A stretch of 37,440 bases of DNA, from the NCBI GenBank assembly GCA_025289735.1, contig GCA_025289735.1_4764.1; one strand, 5' to 3'. Positions 35,215 through 37,440 of the stretch are shown here, piece by piece. The notes under the pieces are model-generated. The model was not told the DNA's origin. It saw only the letters and a program-made list of their open reading frames with translations, and did not search any database. Position numbers and translations under genes: made by a program. Position 1 is the stretch's first letter. Each line of letters begins with the position of its first letter. The stretch is from a phage.

Positions 35215-35243
35215 ATTATGCAATAACACCGGATCGCTGTCAA
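35215..35243 (-). promoter_or_regulatory. sigma70-type early promoter (-35 TTGACA, 17 bp, -10 CATAAT)
   Basis: Plus strand attatg(35215-35220) and tgtcaa(35238-35243). Confidence 0.55.
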
Positions 35244-35261
35244 CACTTTCTAAGAAAAATT

Positions 35262-35546
35262 TTAAATTAATCGAATATAACCAAGAATTTCAGCGCCTTT
35301 AGCCAGTCCTAAAACTTCCCATTCAAGGTCGCCGTAGTCATAATTTGCAACCATCAACTGACCATTTTTCATGCAGCAATCATGAGAGAAAATTTGCCCC
35401 GCATAAACTACGATAGTAATAAACTTTCCTGATTCTGGCGGTGTGGAAGACAAAGCGACCATATGACCATTCAGCTTAGTAACCAGTGATGGAACAATAA
35501 AATTCGGGCTTACCTTAATACCGTTAAATTCGTTTGTGTCTTTCAT
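35262..35546 (-). CDS. hypothetical protein (94 aa)
   Basis: ORF track; ATGA overlap with upstream gene. Confidence 0.5.
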   Translation of the reverse strand: MKDTNEFNGIKVSPNFIVPSLVTKLNGHMVALSSTPPESGKFITIVVYAGQIFSHDCCMKNGQLMVANYDYGDLEWEVLGLAKGAEILGYIRLI

Positions 35547-35893
35547 GCCAGACCTCGCAAAACACTAATAGCATAATCATGCTGGTTATTCATAATATCA
35601 ATTGCATTGTGATAACGAGCTAAACCATCAAGGATAAATTCTTGTTTATCCTGTTTCAGTTTGGTATCACGCGCAGCCATAAGAGCATCAAGAACAGGTC
35701 CAAAGTGATTATCTAATTCATCTTCGGTTGCAATGTTTCCTATTGCCTCGTCGATCCGTGATTCTAATGCTTGCTTTTCGTTGATCACTTGCTGGGTATA
35801 TTCCAACACATCAAGAATATCGCGGGTAACGTCGCCATGATAAGGTATTCCCGCATGAAGATGATCAATTAATCGCTGAATATCAATGTTCAT
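35543..35893 (-). CDS. hypothetical protein (116 aa)
   Basis: ORF track; GAGGAGGG SD; ATGA overlap with upstream gene. Confidence 0.5.
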   Translation of the reverse strand: MNIDIQRLIDHLHAGIPYHGDVTRDILDVLEYTQQVINEKQALESRIDEAIGNIATEDELDNHFGPVLDALMAARDTKLKQDKQEFILDGLARYHNAIDIMNNQHDYAISVLRGLA

Positions 35894-36228
35894 TTGTAAC
35901 CCTCCTCTGAAAGCACATCCCAGATCGTTGAGTCAAGGTGCATTAAATTCCACATAATAGAGTCATAACTACCGAAGCCAGAAGTAAAAATTACATCACA
36001 CTGGCGATATGTCTTATGAAAATCGGTGGCTGTCTCTGCATCAATCGGCATATCGTCACCTGAAAGCACCAGACATTTAAGAATCATAACTCTGTTAGCC
36101 GTTGGCGCTTGCTTAGTCTTTTCAGCATATTTTTCGATGATCCGTTTTGCCTTTTCTTCTTTGATACGTCCAGACCAAATCCGGTTTCGGTATTGATTCA
36201 TAATAATTTCAATCACATCATTTTGCAT
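35890..36228 (-). CDS. hypothetical protein (112 aa)
   Basis: ORF track; ATG 36228. Confidence 0.5.
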   Translation of the reverse strand: MQNDVIEIIMNQYRNRIWSGRIKEEKAKRIIEKYAEKTKQAPTANRVMILKCLVLSGDDMPIDAETATDFHKTYRQCDVIFTSGFGSYDSIMWNLMHLDSTIWDVLSEEGYK

Positions 36229-36427
36229 TCTTCACGGTCTCCATAATTGTTTTGTAAGCCAGCTTAAGATGATCACCGAAAAACTTTGCAGTGTTACCCT
36301 TCGGATCGCGGAGCATGGTTTCTACGATCTCATCGGCAGTAACAATTTCTCCTTTCTTTGCTGCATGTTCTACCATATACTTCAAAGTTTCTTCGGAAGC
36401 AAGTGCTGCGGCTACTGGATTAATCAT
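36218..36427 (-). CDS. hypothetical protein (69 aa)
   Basis: ORF track; AAGGAGAA SD; first gene after promoter 36457..36485. Confidence 0.5.
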   Translation of the reverse strand: MINPVAAALASEETLKYMVEHAAKKGEIVTADEIVETMLRDPKGNTAKFFGDHLKLAYKTIMETVKNAK

Positions 36428-36456
36428 TTTGGTTCTCCTTTGTTGTCGATGTGTGC

Positions 36457-36485
36457 ATTATGCTATACCATATTCCGGTTGTCAA
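36457..36485 (-). promoter_or_regulatory. sigma70-type early promoter (-35 TTGACA, 17 bp, -10 CATAAT)
   Basis: Plus strand attatg(36457-36462) and tgtcaa(36480-36485); part of the module also present at 23816..23915. Confidence 0.6.
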
Positions 36486-36490
36486 CACCT

Positions 36491-36526
36491 AAAAACGAAA
36501 AAGCCACCCTTTCGGATGGCTTTTTG
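36491..36526. terminator. bidirectional intrinsic terminator (GAAA-tetraloop hairpin flanked by A and T runs)
   Basis: AAAAAGCCACCCtttcGGATGGCTTTTT on plus strand; on minus strand GCCATCCgaaaGGGTGGC followed by TTTTTCGTTTTT. Confidence 0.6.
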
Positions 36527-36755
36527 ATTATATTTTATTCACGTCCATTTGTATAGTAGTGTTTGAATCGACCTTTGCTAAACTCGTTAAACATAGTAAC
36601 CAATTCACCATACCTTTCCAATGATAAACCTTCCTCGTCTTAGACGGGTCTTCCGATTAGGTAGTAATTGAACACGCGAAAGTATGAGGAAGCCAAATAG
36701 TTGTGTTAATGCTAGTATTCTTTTACTTCTGGTATGCATCCCACAGTGACTAACA

Positions 36756-37154
36756 TTAAGCCAGTCGAGTGAGTTTATAAATTGTTTTAAAGCATAGAGC
36801 TTTGATATCGTCTAAAACGCTCTGTAACGAGCTATCAACATCATTATAAATCTCACTAGCCATTTGCGTTAACTCTTGCAAATAGGCAATTTCGCTAATC
36901 TCCTTGCGGACGACCAACTTTGGCTGATAACGACCAGTGATCCCAATATTGGTTTCAGTGAAATTATCAACCAATTCTTGCATTTCAAGATAGAACTCTT
37001 CTAGAGCCTTATGTTTTGCATAAGATCCAGGACCAGTTACCCCAAAATGCGCAGAATGCATATAAGTAACACTCATCAGACATTCACCGATAAAGCGGTC
37101 AACTTTATTAGCCTTTCCCTCTTCGGACGTCTTTAGAAAATCACTGAATTTCAT
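36756..37154 (-). CDS. hypothetical protein (132 aa)
   Basis: ORF track; ATG 37154 with GGAGAA SD. A faint ferritin/Dps-like stretch (HFGVTGPG..LEEFY..ELVD) is too weak to call. Confidence 0.5.
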   Translation of the reverse strand: MKFSDFLKTSEEGKANKVDRFIGECLMSVTYMHSAHFGVTGPGSYAKHKALEEFYLEMQELVDNFTETNIGITGRYQPKLVVRKEISEIAYLQELTQMASEIYNDVDSSLQSVLDDIKALCFKTIYKLTRLA

Positions 37155-37440
37155 GTTCTCGATTCTCCATATTATTCAACAGAACAAATTGTTGTGCGGC
37201 ATATCCCCCCATAATAAAACACTGCCTAGAATCCATACATTTACTACGAGCATACATCTTCATAATATGGGCATGAAATTTCTGGCTGGTTTCAATGGAA
37301 GGAGATATTTTGTTTACATATACTATCATTGCGCCGTCGAAATAATCAGTAAAGTCACCAGTTGGATCATATTGATCAGCACTGACACTTCCGACCGCAG
37401 TCAAGCATATTGCCGCTGTTAGAGTTTTACGAATAAATGA
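37141..37440 (-). CDS. rI: RI-like lysis-inhibition regulator (antiholin) candidate with signal peptide; 5' end beyond window
   Basis: Frame is open to the window end (no stop upstream of the track's TTG). Extended translation ..SFIRKTLTAAICLTAVGSVSA|DQYD.. looks like a signal peptide; C-terminal C-x5-C..G..AQ..N pattern resembles T4 RI (CSSDFECIERGAEMAQSYARIMN). Confidence 0.45.
   Translation of the reverse strand, partial: SFIRKTLTAAICLTAVGSVSADQYDPTGDFTDYFDGAMIVYVNKISPSIETSQKFHAHIMKMYARSKCMDSRQCFIMGGYAAQQFVLLNNMENREHEIQ

Noticed and set aside
5707-36485. Repeated palindromic motifs as a possible CRISPR array
   Set aside because: Copies are 600-9000 bp apart, not regularly spaced, differ in sequence, and coincide with promoter -35/-10 elements between genes.
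36602-36736. 44-aa minus-strand ORF in the non-coding spacer (MHTRSKRILALTQLF..)
   Set aside because: No convincing SD, basic low-complexity composition, no coupling to neighbours.
36756-37154. Dps/ferritin-like assignment for the 132-aa protein
   Set aside because: Only a short motif resemblance (HFGVTGPG..LEEFY) and the protein is shorter than typical Dps; left as hypothetical.
1-37440. tRNA genes, integrase, transposase or prophage boundary
   Set aside because: No intergenic segment is long enough and none showed a cloverleaf-like pattern by eye; no recombinase-like ORF is present. tRNA absence cannot be fully excluded without tRNAscan.

Overview
This window reads as a T4-like (Tevenvirinae-type) phage replication/recombination/nucleotide-metabolism region, colinear with and in the same orientation as the T4 reference; every gene I can support is on the minus strand. 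All homology calls are by eye against remembered T4 proteins; no database search was run. Recognised core genes, from low to high coordinate: primase 61 (runs off the window start, absent from the ORF track), helicase 41, uvsX, DNA polymerase 43, regA, clamp loader 62/44, clamp 45, recombination nuclease 46/47, late sigma factor 55, a glutaredoxin, nrdG, nrdD (no intron), endonuclease VII (49), nrdC, dam, and an RI-like antiholin running off the window end. The hydroxymethylcytosine genes are missing from their T4 positions (no 42/beta-gt between uvsX and 43, no alpha-gt between 47 and 55), which fits a 'pseudo-T-even' (RB49-like) phage with unmodified cytosine plus Dam; this is inference. Between the core genes lie accessory ORFs expressed from at least 14 near-consensus sigma70 promoters (TTGACA-N16/17-TATAAT) that carry a palindrome in the spacer, resembling the PeSL cassettes described for T4-type phages. 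The most notable content is an eight-member, internally repeated paralog family in two clusters flanking nrdG-nrdD, a 489-aa Walker A/B NTPase coupled to a 95-aa partner, an unlisted 52-aa membrane-anchored zinc-ribbon microprotein, and tandem small-protein families beyond dam. The ORF track counts GTG/TTG as starts, so many listed 5' ends are too long; I re-set starts where an ATG with a Shine-Dalgarno lies downstream of a promoter. No tRNA, CRISPR array, integrase or transposase was seen.
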